From: Kiritimatiellia bacterium
Lineage (GTDB): Bacteria > Verrucomicrobiota > Kiritimatiellia > RFP12 > UBA1067
Assembly (NCBI GenBank): GCA_046482825.1
Contig: JAWOEI010000081.1
Location: 13,588-77,587 of the forward strand
Length of the DNA: 64,000 nt
Reading direction: 5' to 3'
Below are positions 31,773-42,054 of this stretch, in pieces. Position 1 is the first letter of the stretch. Each line of letters begins with the position of its first letter. Under the pieces are notes generated by a model that was given only the letters and a program-made list of their open reading frames with translations, did no database searches and had not been told where the DNA came from. Made by a program: the position numbers and the translations under genes.

Positions 31773-32550
31773 CCTTCACCTCCATTTCAGGGATTTTCAA
31801 TCGGAAAATGCGATAGCAGAAAAGCAATATACCGCTGAAAAGAACAATAAACCCCGCATACACACAGTGGAGTCCGGGTTCGCGTATAAACCGCAAAACT
31901 GTATAGGTTACAGGCTGATTGTTATAGTTAACAGTTTCACCCCAACTCATCTGATACACAAGATAATCGCCTATGCGTACAGGATGATTAACACGTATAT
32001 TCTCAACATAGGGAGCTTTATCTGGATAAGTGACCGTCACCCGGCTGCGGTATTCCCTGATCGGCGGCATTCTGCCATGACTGCGGTCACCCGGAGCCCG
32101 CTCATAATAATCGATCATAAACTTTTCAAGTTTAATTGTAAAATCAAGCTTGCCCACCAGATTAGTTAGCACGGGTCCGTCCCACAGAGCATTCATGACA
32201 TCTCCGTCAACCAATGCCATAGAACCCTGAAGCGGTTTGGGGTTTTCTGTAATCCCGGGCTCCAGATGCCCCCACAGCCAGCCGCCAAGAACAAGCGCAC
32301 ATCCCGCATGCAGCAGGGCGGAATCAAAACGGCGGTTCAGGAGAGTTATAAAAGCACGCACAGCCAGCAGAATGAAAATCAGGGCGGAAAAAATCAACGG
32401 CAGCGGTGTTGACATAAGCTGTATGGATTTGTCGGAACCGAAAAAAGCCAGCACTATCGAAGCAATTGAAAGCACCGTACAGATTATCGCCGCAGCCGCT
32501 GTGCCGCTTATTGTATTTATCAGTTTTTTCATCGGTTTTTCATTACGCAC
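31762..32550 (-). CDS. ccsB: Compact CcsB/ResB-like cytochrome c biogenesis protein.
   Basis: ResB-like C-terminal block (VRVNHPVRIGDYLVYQMSWGE), four TM segments, and an 11-nt overlap with the ccsA start. It is unusually short at 262 aa. Confidence 0.6.
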   Translation of the reverse strand: MRNEKPMKKLINTISGTAAAAIICTVLSIASIVLAFFGSDKSIQLMSTPLPLIFSALIFILLAVRAFITLLNRRFDSALLHAGCALVLGGWLWGHLEPGITENPKPLQGSMALVDGDVMNALWDGPVLTNLVGKLDFTIKLEKFMIDYYERAPGDRSHGRMPPIREYRSRVTVTYPDKAPYVENIRVNHPVRIGDYLVYQMSWGETVNYNNQPVTYTVLRFIREPGLHCVYAGFIVLFSGILLFCYRIFRLKIPEMEVKDVD

Positions 32551-32618
32551 AAAGGCAGATTCCTTATCACCGCACTGGATGCCGGCACGGGTTCACCCTG
32601 CGGCATCAATGCGGCACC

Positions 32619-34127
32619 TTACTCTGACTTCCGGTCTCCGGCATCTGCATCCAGGACTTCTGCTGAGGCCCAGGCGGTGTAACCGTTGTGAGCCAGCCAG
32701 TCTGTTGCCCCCACGTGACCACGTATAGCGGCCTTCTTAAAATATTTAACTGCTGTGATATGATTCGGGGTGACTCCCCGTCCATACTCATACATCATAG
32801 CCAAATTATATAGAGCTTCAACACAACCTCCCCGCACAGACTTGCGGAACCAGTCAACTGCAACATCATAATTCCGATCAACACCTTCTCCTCGCAGATA
32901 CATCATTCCCAGATTATTCTGTGCCGGAGGAAAGCCTTGCTCGGCAGCCAGAGAGAAAAACCTCTCAGCCTTTTCATAATTTTTTTCACGCCCTTTACCG
33001 CGATAATAGATTGTTCCTATAGCATTAACCGCAAAATAATTTTTTTTATTCGCAGCTTTCCGGTACCAGCGTAGTGCACGCTCATAATCCTGCGACACAC
33101 CTTTGCCATTTTCATACATCTGACCGATAATATAATGAGTCATAACATGGCCTTCTGATGCCGATTTTACCAGCCATTCAAGAGCCTCCTTATAGTCCTG
33201 TTCAACTCCGCGTCCATCCCGATAAAGAAGTCCAAGATTGAAAATCGCCTCCGGATGTCCGGCTTCAGCCGCTTTCCTGTACCATTTTACGGCTGCTTTC
33301 AAATCCTTTTTCACACCTGATCCCTTTGAAAGCAGAAAGGCCAGATTGTATTGTCCAGCAGGATTGCCGTTTAAAGCAGATTTCCTGTACCATTGAAACG
33401 CCTGCTCCGGGCTGACTTCCACTCCCAGTCCCTGCTGATAAAACCAGCCGAGATTATTCATAGCATCAGAGTGTCCTTTATCCGCAGCCCGCAGAAAAAG
33501 CCGGCATGCCATATCAAGATCTTTCGGCAGTCCCCTGCCGGCAGTATAAAGAGAACCGAGGTTATATTCCCCGGTGGGATCAACCTGCATTGCAGCCTGT
33601 CTGAAAAACTCTGCGGCCATCGCAAAATCCTGCTCGACTCCGTTACCGTTATAATACATCATTCCCAAGGCATTCTGTGACAAAGCAAGCCCCTGATCAG
33701 CTGATTTCTGAAACCAGTCGCGTGCGTCCTTTTTGCTCTTCATAACAAAATCACAATCCAGACCGATCAGATATTGAGCCATGGCATTGCCATCCTCAGC
33801 CCGTTTGAGCATATAGATACGCCCTTCGGAAAGGTATTTTGCCCTTTTGTTATCCGGCAGAGCGCAAAGCGGCTCAACTTCAGAGTAAACCGCCATCAGA
33901 AAACGAAAAAAAGGTTCACCCCGTTCAGCAAAGATTTTGACTTTAGCCGCAGCCGCTTTAAAATCATTCACGCTGCCCGCGCCGCGACTGCCGACAAAAC
34001 GTTCCACCGCGCTTTTTATATCCAGTGCCGCACGTTGAACATCATTCGGCTTAATCTCCTGAGCATAAACAGAACAGGAAATCAACAGACAGAAAACAAA
34101 AAACAAATGGGTGCATTTGCAAAACAT
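32619..34127 (-). CDS. Secreted Sel1-like repeat (SLR/TPR-type) protein.
   Basis: Signal peptide plus about 10 Sel1 repeats (AQxxLGxMYxxGxGVxxDxxxAxxWYxKAA). Confidence 0.8.
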   Translation of the reverse strand: MFCKCTHLFFVFCLLISCSVYAQEIKPNDVQRAALDIKSAVERFVGSRGAGSVNDFKAAAAKVKIFAERGEPFFRFLMAVYSEVEPLCALPDNKRAKYLSEGRIYMLKRAEDGNAMAQYLIGLDCDFVMKSKKDARDWFQKSADQGLALSQNALGMMYYNGNGVEQDFAMAAEFFRQAAMQVDPTGEYNLGSLYTAGRGLPKDLDMACRLFLRAADKGHSDAMNNLGWFYQQGLGVEVSPEQAFQWYRKSALNGNPAGQYNLAFLLSKGSGVKKDLKAAVKWYRKAAEAGHPEAIFNLGLLYRDGRGVEQDYKEALEWLVKSASEGHVMTHYIIGQMYENGKGVSQDYERALRWYRKAANKKNYFAVNAIGTIYYRGKGREKNYEKAERFFSLAAEQGFPPAQNNLGMMYLRGEGVDRNYDVAVDWFRKSVRGGCVEALYNLAMMYEYGRGVTPNHITAVKYFKKAAIRGHVGATDWLAHNGYTAWASAEVLDADAGDRKSE

Positions 34128-34270
34128 GAAGATATATTACTTCAGCTTGGCATAAAAAAACACAAAAAAGCGCAAAAACAAGAAAAACAAGATGTAGAAT
34201 CAGAATGTTTTATGCCATGTTGAACGAAGACAGGTTAAATGAATATTTATGAAGGTACGACAACTGAAAA

Positions 34271-34834
34271 CTACGCGGACGAACAGCAACCTGCGTGAAA
34301 CGTCTTAGAATCCTTCCAGCACGGCAGGGCTGCATCTTTTTCTGAAATCCGGGGCTTTATGTCACGGGGCCATTTTATCTTCAATTCAGGGTCATTCCAC
34401 AGCACTCCGTACTCATCATTGGAGGCGTAAAAATCATCACATTTGTAAAAGAAATCCGCAGTATCACTCAGAACCATAAACCCATGAGCAAATCCTTTGG
34501 GAACATACAACTGCAATCCATTCTCAGCGGAGAGAAGAACGGACTCCCATTTGCCGAAGGAAATCGAATTTTCCCGCATATCAACGACAACATCAAAAAC
34601 CTCTCCCTGCAGAACGCTTACAAGTTTTGCCTGACTATGTTCATACTGGTAGTGAAGACCTCGCAGTACACCTTTTGTTGAACGAGACCAGTTATCCTGA
34701 ACAAATTCAGTATCTATTCCCGTCTCAGTGTATTGCTGTCGATGATAGCACTGCTGGAAAAAACCACGTTCATCCGGGAAACGCCCGGGTTGAATTAACT
34801 TCAGCCCTTCAAGTGATAAATTCCTGATTTTCAT
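34271..34834 (-). CDS. rfbC: dTDP-4-dehydrorhamnose 3,5-epimerase.
   Basis: RmlC cupin motifs (RGLHYQ...KLVSVLQGEVFDVVVDMR). The start was chosen at MKIRNL. Confidence 0.85.
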   Translation of the reverse strand: MKIRNLSLEGLKLIQPGRFPDERGFFQQCYHRQQYTETGIDTEFVQDNWSRSTKGVLRGLHYQYEHSQAKLVSVLQGEVFDVVVDMRENSISFGKWESVLLSAENGLQLYVPKGFAHGFMVLSDTADFFYKCDDFYASNDEYGVLWNDPELKIKWPRDIKPRISEKDAALPCWKDSKTFHAGCCSSA

Positions 34835-34836
34835 AA

Positions 34837-35718
34837 CTAGTCTCCCATTTCCTTCAGCAGCGAGGCGCCGCATTCTCTGACAAAACTTCTCAACTCAACC
34901 CGCCAATCCTGAAAAACATTCACTCCCCTTTTTTTTGCATGACGATTTTCCATAATTGAGTTTTCGGGTCGTTTAACCGGTGTCGGGAAGTGTTCAGTTC
35001 TGCAGGGAACAAAATTATGGGCTATATTCAACTCTTCCATAAATGCACACGCGAACTCGTACCACGTGCAGTGCCCCTCAGAAGAAGCATGAAACAGCCC
35101 CTGCAAACCCTTTCGCGATATAATCTCTATCTGTTGTGCCAGTGTCTTTGTCCAGGTAGGAGAACCGTACTGATCATTCACCACCTTGATTTCTCTACCG
35201 GGATTATCCAATGTCAAACGCAGCATTGTTTTTAGGAAGTTATGTCCCCGCGCACTGTAGAGCCACGCCGTTCTCAGAATTGCATAGTTATCAATGCTTT
35301 CTTTTATGGCACACTCTCCCGCCAGCTTGGATCTTCCATATTCGGAGACAGGTGCGGGAAGATCTGTCTCAACCCAAGGCTGATACAGGGGCTTGTCTCC
35401 GGAGAAAACATAATCCGTCGAAACATGAAGCAGAAATGCGCCGCTATCAGCAGCCCATGCAGACAGATTTACAGGAATATCCCTGTTAGCTTTCCAGCAT
35501 GAAGGATCATTTTCACATGCATCAACCGCCGTATAAGCTGCGCAATTGATTATCAAATCCGGCTTAATACACTCCAAAGCCGCCCTGCTTTGATTTTTGT
35601 CGGACAGATCAACTTCGGGCAGATCAACCCCGTAAAGGTCATATTCGCATCCGGTGAACAACTCCAAACACTCTTCTCCGAGTTGTCCGTTAGATCCTGT
35701 TATTAAAACTTTCAGCAT
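34837..35718 (-). CDS. rfbD: dTDP-4-dehydrorhamnose reductase.
   Basis: LITGSNGQLG Rossmann motif and RmlD-like length. The ORF-track start is a TTG; the ATG at 35718 has an aaggaagga Shine-Dalgarno sequence. Confidence 0.85.
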   Translation of the reverse strand: MLKVLITGSNGQLGEECLELFTGCEYDLYGVDLPEVDLSDKNQSRAALECIKPDLIINCAAYTAVDACENDPSCWKANRDIPVNLSAWAADSGAFLLHVSTDYVFSGDKPLYQPWVETDLPAPVSEYGRSKLAGECAIKESIDNYAILRTAWLYSARGHNFLKTMLRLTLDNPGREIKVVNDQYGSPTWTKTLAQQIEIISRKGLQGLFHASSEGHCTWYEFACAFMEELNIAHNFVPCRTEHFPTPVKRPENSIMENRHAKKRGVNVFQDWRVELRSFVRECGASLLKEMGD

Positions 35719-35846
35719 TTCCAGAAAATCCTTCCTTGAAACCTGCAAAGATACAATTTGAAACTGTCACTTATCTTAATATAATGCATTAATGCAGAAG
35801 GAATACAAATTCCTGTTTTCTGTGTTAAAAGCAGACTACATAGCGC

Positions 35847-36713
35847 CTAACTGAGACAGACTCTGGACAAGTATTCTCCATACGCGGATTTTTTATAAAC
35901 TTCCGCATGTTTCTTCAATGCATTTTTATCTATGAATCCCATACGCCAGGCAATTTCTTCGACACACGCAATCTTCAGCCCCTGTCTGTCCTGAACTGTT
36001 TTTACAAATGAGGTTGCATCAGCCAGAGAATCATGGGTGCCGGTATCCAACCATGCAAAGCCGCGTCCCATGAGCTTGACATTGAGCCTTTGCAGCAGCA
36101 TATATTCGCGGATAACATCGATAATTTCATACTCCCCGCGGGCGGAAGGCTCCAGTCCGGCTGCTATGTCAACAACGTAAGAGTCAAAGAAATAAAGCCC
36201 CGTCACCGCATAATTGGATCTCGGCCGTTCGGGCTTTTCTTCAATTGAATCCACTTTCCCGGCAGCATCGAAACTGACCACTCCATAACGTTCGGGATCG
36301 TGCACATTATAAGCGAAAACAGTTGCACCCCCGCATTCATCGGCGGACCTCAACAAACGATGCATTCCATCGCCATAAAAGATGTTATCCCCCAGAATCA
36401 GACAAACCGGATCATCAACAATAAACTCACGTCCCAACACAAATGCCTGAGCCAGACCGTTGGGAACTTCCTGCACTTTGTACTCAAACCGCATACCTAA
36501 CTGAGAACCATCCCCCAGCAATTGCTCAAAAACAGGCGTTGCCTCCGGGGTGGAAATAATCAGAACCTCGCGGATACCGGCCAGCATCAGAGTGGAAAGA
36601 GGATAGTAGATCATAGGTTTATCATACACTGGCAGCAATTGCTTGCAGACAACCTGTGTAACGGGATAAAGCCGGGTTCCCGAGCCGCCAGCAAGTATTA
36701 TTCCTTTTCTCAT
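35847..36713 (-). CDS. rfbA: Glucose-1-phosphate thymidylyltransferase.
   Basis: [16 protein letters not shown] nucleotidyltransferase motif and the RmlA C-terminal region. Confidence 0.9.
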   Translation of the reverse strand: MRKGIILAGGSGTRLYPVTQVVCKQLLPVYDKPMIYYPLSTLMLAGIREVLIISTPEATPVFEQLLGDGSQLGMRFEYKVQEVPNGLAQAFVLGREFIVDDPVCLILGDNIFYGDGMHRLLRSADECGGATVFAYNVHDPERYGVVSFDAAGKVDSIEEKPERPRSNYAVTGLYFFDSYVVDIAAGLEPSARGEYEIIDVIREYMLLQRLNVKLMGRGFAWLDTGTHDSLADATSFVKTVQDRQGLKIACVEEIAWRMGFIDKNALKKHAEVYKKSAYGEYLSRVCLS

Positions 36714-36941
36714 AATCAATCACCTTTTAAATTACAGAAGACAGTGTATTATTATACCCGCCAACAGGCAAGCATTCCTCCGGAACCTGTTTTTCTGTTA
36801 CCTTTTCGCTAATACGGCTAATTATTTTATAAAGTCCTGAACTCACACAGAAATCAACTTTTCAGCCAAATCAAGGGTTTTATGATAATATCAGATTATT
36901 GTTGTGACACAAAACAGGCCCTTGAGATATAATGCAGTCAA

Positions 36942-38060
36942 ATGCATGGAGAATATATGACTAAGCCGCTGGTATCAATAATTATTGTAAACTGGAACAA
37001 AGTCGAATACCTGCGTAATTGTATCGAATCTCTGCTCGAATCCACATATAAAAGCATTGAAATTATTGTAGTTGACAACGGTTCTGCTGACGGCAGTGCT
37101 GAATATCTGAAACATCTGATACAGACTCAGAAAAATGTCAAAGCCATCTTCAACAAAGAAAATCTCGGATTCGCAGGGCCATCCAATCAGGGGGCGGAGA
37201 TAGCAGATGGCGAACTGCTTTTTCTGCTGAACAACGACACTATTATTGACCGGAACTGCATAGAAGAAGTTGTAATTTTTTTCAACGAACACCCGGAAGC
37301 CAGTGTTGTGCAGCCGCGTTTAATGCAAAACGAAGAACTAATGGATGAACAAGGCAACGTTTTATTGACCAATGGTTTTTTACTGCATTTCGGATACAAC
37401 TGCATCCTGAAACCTGTATTCAAAGCGACATATCCTGTTTTCTCAGTAAAAGGAGCCGCCTTTTTTATAAGGCGTGAAGTTTATACGCAAATCGGATTAT
37501 TCCGTCCGGAATTTTTCGCATTTTATGAAGAAACCGACTTTTGTCACAGATGCTGGCTAGCCGGATTTCCTGTTTACTACATGGGCAAAGCGGTTGTCAT
37601 GCATATCGGACACATTACTGCGGCTCAATTTAAAAAAGAAAAACCTGTCTGGATATGGGAGAAAAGCATTTACAACAGGTTTGTCTCGCTCGCCACACTT
37701 CTTTCAGCAAAGTCACTCATGAGAATTTTTGTTCCCCACTTACTGCTGTCTTTACTGACAGCACCGATACTTCACATCAAAGGCAGAAAAAATATTGCAA
37801 AAGCCACAATTTCTGCTTTGTGCAGTTTCATTAAAAATATCAGACACATTCAAAGACAACGTCAATGCATACACAAACAACTCGACGGTTATTCAGAAAA
37901 ACAGATTTTCGATGAGTTGGGCCTCATAACAAGGCCACCGAAAGGATATTTATGGGCCTCTGCAAAAGGGAATCTGAGTGAATACTGGAAAAAACCTCAA
38001 ACAGAAAAATACATTAATGATTTGATTGCGAAACTTTCCAAAAACTCAAAACATCTATAA
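36942..38060 (+). CDS. Family 2 glycosyltransferase.
   Basis: VSIIIVNWN...VVDNGSADGS GT-A N-terminal fold with a DxD-like region. 372 aa. The alternative start at 36957 (MTKPL) is equally plausible. Confidence 0.8.
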   Translation: MHGEYMTKPLVSIIIVNWNKVEYLRNCIESLLESTYKSIEIIVVDNGSADGSAEYLKHLIQTQKNVKAIFNKENLGFAGPSNQGAEIADGELLFLLNNDTIIDRNCIEEVVIFFNEHPEASVVQPRLMQNEELMDEQGNVLLTNGFLLHFGYNCILKPVFKATYPVFSVKGAAFFIRREVYTQIGLFRPEFFAFYEETDFCHRCWLAGFPVYYMGKAVVMHIGHITAAQFKKEKPVWIWEKSIYNRFVSLATLLSAKSLMRIFVPHLLLSLLTAPILHIKGRKNIAKATISALCSFIKNIRHIQRQRQCIHKQLDGYSEKQIFDELGLITRPPKGYLWASAKGNLSEYWKKPQTEKYINDLIAKLSKNSKHL

Positions 38061-38141
38061 GCGCAGTACTCTGTTACCACAGCTTTATTAGATGCCTATT
38101 CCGGCAAGTGAAAATTTTGCAATATACCATTTTACTGATAA

Positions 38142-39296
38142 TCAGGAAAACAACTCTTTAAAAGAATCAGTGAAAATAACTTCCCATGTATATTCGCGTC
38201 CCAGTTCCGCCGCTTCCGTCCGCATAAGATTCACCGGATTTTTTTCCCCCTGCAGAATATCGCAGACTTTACGGGCAAAATCCTCGGCGCTGTATTCCGC
38301 AATCACACCGGCACCTTTTTTCTGCAATATTGCTGCAACTGGTGGGACAGCCGTAAGCACAACAGGCAGACCGCACCCCAGATATGTCTTGATCTTGCCG
38401 GGGTCAGAATAGAAGGTGAAATTGTTTTTATCATAAGGATTGTACGGTGCCACAGCAACAGCGCATTTCTGAAGAATACTCAGGACCTCATCAAAGGACT
38501 CAACAAAGCCATGAAGACGGAAGGCATCTTCCAACCCCGAACCGGAAATCATTTTCCTAAGCCGAGACAGATCTCCGCCCCCTCCCACAACAGTCATTCT
38601 GGCAGCCGGGCATTCTTTTCTCAGCACCTTCATCATGGGAACAAATAATTCCGCGCCTTTATTCAGCGTAATGTCACCCATATATACGATGGTGTAAGGA
38701 TCAACCGCATCGGGAGATATTTCCACAGCCCGGCACCCATAAGGAGCAACCCGCCAGGAAACTTTCTCCGTCTTCATAACACCGGCATCAAAACGCGCTT
38801 CAATCATCTCTTTTGTCAGTGGCCAGACCCTGTCTACACTATATGCAGCCAGTCTATCGACACACTTATAAACGGCATTCATAATCTTGTTTTCATACCG
38901 TACCGGCGTATAATCAATCATGTAGTAGACCACGTTTTTCACGGATGCCAAGGGCCGGGCCAACGATGAGGCCAAAGCCAGCAGATTATCACCACATACC
39001 AAAACATCCGCTTTACGGGCATACTTCAAAGTATAGAAAACGGCATACAGAAAATCTTTGATATAGGCCAACGCCTCTGGGAGTCTGACTTTAAAAAAAG
39101 AGCGTTTCTGATTTACAAGCTGACCATCAGAATAAGAATCAACTTGGATATATGTGTTCTTATTTGACCCGAAAGGGAAAGCCACATAAGTCAGGTCACG
39201 GGCTTTTTGTGAAATAAGCCAATCGCGCAATTCCTCACAAGCACCGGTAGTGGCATAATGGGAGAAAATCACAATTTTTTTTGAACTGAAATCCAT
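38142..39296 (-). CDS. Family 4 glycosyltransferase (GT-B fold).
   Basis: C-terminal GT-B donor-binding region (GGGGD...E...CGLPVV). Confidence 0.7.
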   Translation of the reverse strand: MDFSSKKIVIFSHYATTGACEELRDWLISQKARDLTYVAFPFGSNKNTYIQVDSYSDGQLVNQKRSFFKVRLPEALAYIKDFLYAVFYTLKYARKADVLVCGDNLLALASSLARPLASVKNVVYYMIDYTPVRYENKIMNAVYKCVDRLAAYSVDRVWPLTKEMIEARFDAGVMKTEKVSWRVAPYGCRAVEISPDAVDPYTIVYMGDITLNKGAELFVPMMKVLRKECPAARMTVVGGGGDLSRLRKMISGSGLEDAFRLHGFVESFDEVLSILQKCAVAVAPYNPYDKNNFTFYSDPGKIKTYLGCGLPVVLTAVPPVAAILQKKGAGVIAEYSAEDFARKVCDILQGEKNPVNLMRTEAAELGREYTWEVIFTDSFKELFS

Positions 39297-40315
39297 TATT
39301 TATCAGAAACCTGCCATGTTGAACGTTCAACCGGTGCTTGTTTCAAACCAAATATTTTTCTCAATGTACCCACACCGTAAGTCCACAAAGTTATCCAGCA
39401 AACAGGCACATGGCAGAACCAGGAACTATCAGGTCTGCGCATCCACCCGACTACTCCCTGAATCATAATGGGGAAAATTGAAACAGTAGCCAAGACGAAT
39501 ATAACGATACCAATCTTACGTTGTTTATCCCAGGGGTAGGTTCTCTGTTTCTCCTGGGAAAAGTACAGAAAATCGCGAATACGTCTTCTCTGTTTTCTGG
39601 CGAAATCCTGCAACCGGCTGCAATAAAGATGCACTATACCGCACTTCACCTTAGCCATATTGCAATAGCCAGCAGCAACCGCCTGATGCATCACATCTAT
39701 ATCAAAAAAATAGGGATCCCAGCTGACATACTCCAACAATGAACGACGAAAAACAAAACCATTTGCTCCGATTGTGGGCAACGAGGACTCAGAGAGTTTC
39801 AGTTTAAGCCAGTCACCCTTATCCTCCTGTTCAACATCCAAACCTGTCCATTTACCTGTTATAGCGCAAAACCGATCGTAATTGCCAGTGAACAGGCAGA
39901 TCGGATCGTTCATTCCCAGCAGTGCAAAATAACGGGTCAATGCAGGGTCATCACTCCGCACCGTATATTCCAGTGGTTCTGAAGCAACCACATCCGGGTC
40001 ATCAAACGGGGCAGTCATCTGTTCCAGCCACTTTGAATCAGGCAGAATGTTATCACTGTCGACTAAGGCGATTATCTCACCTGATGCCGCCTTGATGCCG
40101 GCCGATTTACCAGCCTCTCCGGTTTTCAGCTCGTTTTCGACAATTTTATCAACACCAAGACCCTGTGCAATTGCAACGGTAGAATCCTGAGAACCGGCAT
40201 CAGCAATAACAACTTCATATTGCTCACGCGGCACACTCTGATTCAAAATGGAATCAAGACACTCTTTTATAGTTTTAGCCGAGTTTAATGTCGGTATAAC
40301 AAAACTGACTTTCAA
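39296..40315 (-). CDS. Family 2 glycosyltransferase, possibly of the polyprenyl-phosphate sugar synthase (DPM1-like) type.
   Basis: VSFVIPTLN...ADAGSQDST GT-A motif and a DSD (DxD) motif, followed by two C-terminal TM helices. Confidence 0.7.
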   Translation of the reverse strand: MKVSFVIPTLNSAKTIKECLDSILNQSVPREQYEVVIADAGSQDSTVAIAQGLGVDKIVENELKTGEAGKSAGIKAASGEIIALVDSDNILPDSKWLEQMTAPFDDPDVVASEPLEYTVRSDDPALTRYFALLGMNDPICLFTGNYDRFCAITGKWTGLDVEQEDKGDWLKLKLSESSLPTIGANGFVFRRSLLEYVSWDPYFFDIDVMHQAVAAGYCNMAKVKCGIVHLYCSRLQDFARKQRRRIRDFLYFSQEKQRTYPWDKQRKIGIVIFVLATVSIFPIMIQGVVGWMRRPDSSWFCHVPVCWITLWTYGVGTLRKIFGLKQAPVERSTWQVSDK

Positions 40316-40359
40316 GATTTTCCTTTTTTTTCAGACTGTTCTGACAGAGGTTAAACGCA

Positions 40360-40797
40360 CTAATCACTTTCGAACACATAAAAATCATTGTCCCTCCCAA
40401 CACATTTCAACCCTATATATTCGGCGATTTTGACAGAGGCGGTATTTGATATCTGAATCTTTGCCCGTAAATTTTCATCCAGCGTGCCTACAAATTTATT
40501 TACCATCGGTTTTGCCAGATTTCTGCCACGCCACTTATCATGCAATACCCAGCTCAAAATCCACACTTCTTCTTTTTTTTGCGCCCGGACTGACCCAATG
40601 GATTCGCCATTCATCTCAGCGATTTTAATAATGCTGTCCGTCTTTTCTAAATTATCAACGAGCCATTTCTGATGATCATCAAAAGAAATGATTTCTTTAC
40701 TGCAACTCATCTTTCGGGTTAATGGATCATTACGGCACTCATATAAGAATTCTGCGTCGGAAACTGATGCATCTCTAAAAGTAATTTGCGCTGCCAT
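40360..40797 (-). CDS. pseH: GNAT-family N-acetyltransferase, placed as the likely PseH of the pseudaminic acid pathway.
   Basis: GNAT fold (acetyl-CoA-binding region RGRNLAKPMV), 145 aa. It is divergent from pseB and is the only pathway step not encoded on the plus strand. Confidence 0.55.
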   Translation of the reverse strand: MAAQITFRDASVSDAEFLYECRNDPLTRKMSCSKEIISFDDHQKWLVDNLEKTDSIIKIAEMNGESIGSVRAQKKEEVWILSWVLHDKWRGRNLAKPMVNKFVGTLDENLRAKIQISNTASVKIAEYIGLKCVGRDNDFYVFESD

Positions 40798-40991
40798 TAA
40801 TTTTTATCCTTCACTGCATCCGGTTTCTTAATATCGAGAATACACTTAACCCATAAATAATTCAAGCTAGACTTTACAATAACAAAAAAGTACCATTAAG
40901 AAGTATTTCAATCTAAAATCAGATTGTGTTAATGCGCTTTATGTTTTCAGATGATTTTATGTTAAAAACTAAAAATTTCAGGAGTGAACAA

Positions 40992-42050
40992 ATGCTAATG
41001 CTGGGTGATTTATCATTTTTAGAACACAAACGAGTTCTTATTACCGGTGGCACAGGTTCTCTTGGCAAAAAGCTGATCAGAACGATACTTGACAGATGCC
41101 AAACAACTGTATTGATTGTGTATAGCCGTGATGAATTCAAACAGTATCAGTTTTGCTCTTCTTTGAAAGACACAGAAAAAAAACGGCTCCGATTTTTTCT
41201 GGGTGATGTTCGTGATTTAAAACGTCTCAAACGCGCAATGGAGCGTGTTGATTACGTAATTCACGCAGCCGCGTTAAAACAGGTTCCTGCAGCGGAATAC
41301 AATCCTTTCGAATTTATAAAAACAAATGTAATCGGTGCTGAAAATGTTATTAATGCCTGCATTGATTCGGGCATCAGAAATTGCGTTGCCTTGAGTACAG
41401 ACAAAGCGGCCAATCCGATCAACCTTTATGGCGCGACAAAACTGTGTTCTGACAAACTCTTTGTTTCCGGCAACAACTACAGCGGAATCAAGCCAGCTCG
41501 ATTTTCGGTTGTCCGCTATGGAAATGTTGTAGGAAGCAGAGGAAGTGTTGTGCCGTTTTTTCTGCGACAACGAAAGACAGGCAATCTTCCAATTACCAAC
41601 TACCGGATGACACGGTTCTGGATAACGCTGGAACAAGGCGCTGCGCTGGTTTTAAACGCTCTGAGAGATATGGTCGGGGGAGAGATATGGGTTCCTAAGA
41701 TTCCCAGCATGAAAATAACCGACCTGGCAAAAACGATAGCACCGGACTGTGCGACTAAAGAAATCGGCATTCGTCCGGGCGAGAAACTTCATGAAGTCAT
41801 GATTCCTGTAGATGACGGAAGGTACTCAATTGAATTCGATGATCACTTTGTTATTTTGCCGCAGCAGGACTTTCAGTCTGCAATGGCCGATCAGGCTTTT
41901 TACCTGAATAAAGGCGGAACTGCCTGCTCTGATGATTTTGTTTATGGAAGTGATAAGAACACAATCTGGTTAAACGAACAACAGTTAACAAAAATGATAG
42001 CTCAGCTTGATCTTCCCGAGGCGCAGGAATGGGTTGCTGAAAGGAGCTGA
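40992..42050 (+). CDS. pseB: UDP-N-acetylglucosamine 4,6-dehydratase (inverting).
   Basis: TGGTGSLG Rossmann motif and a PseB/FlaA1-type extended SDR. An AGGAG Shine-Dalgarno sequence precedes the ATG at 40992. Confidence 0.8.
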   Translation: MLMLGDLSFLEHKRVLITGGTGSLGKKLIRTILDRCQTTVLIVYSRDEFKQYQFCSSLKDTEKKRLRFFLGDVRDLKRLKRAMERVDYVIHAAALKQVPAAEYNPFEFIKTNVIGAENVINACIDSGIRNCVALSTDKAANPINLYGATKLCSDKLFVSGNNYSGIKPARFSVVRYGNVVGSRGSVVPFFLRQRKTGNLPITNYRMTRFWITLEQGAALVLNALRDMVGGEIWVPKIPSMKITDLAKTIAPDCATKEIGIRPGEKLHEVMIPVDDGRYSIEFDDHFVILPQQDFQSAMADQAFYLNKGGTACSDDFVYGSDKNTIWLNEQQLTKMIAQLDLPEAQEWVAERS

Positions 42051-42054
42051 GACC

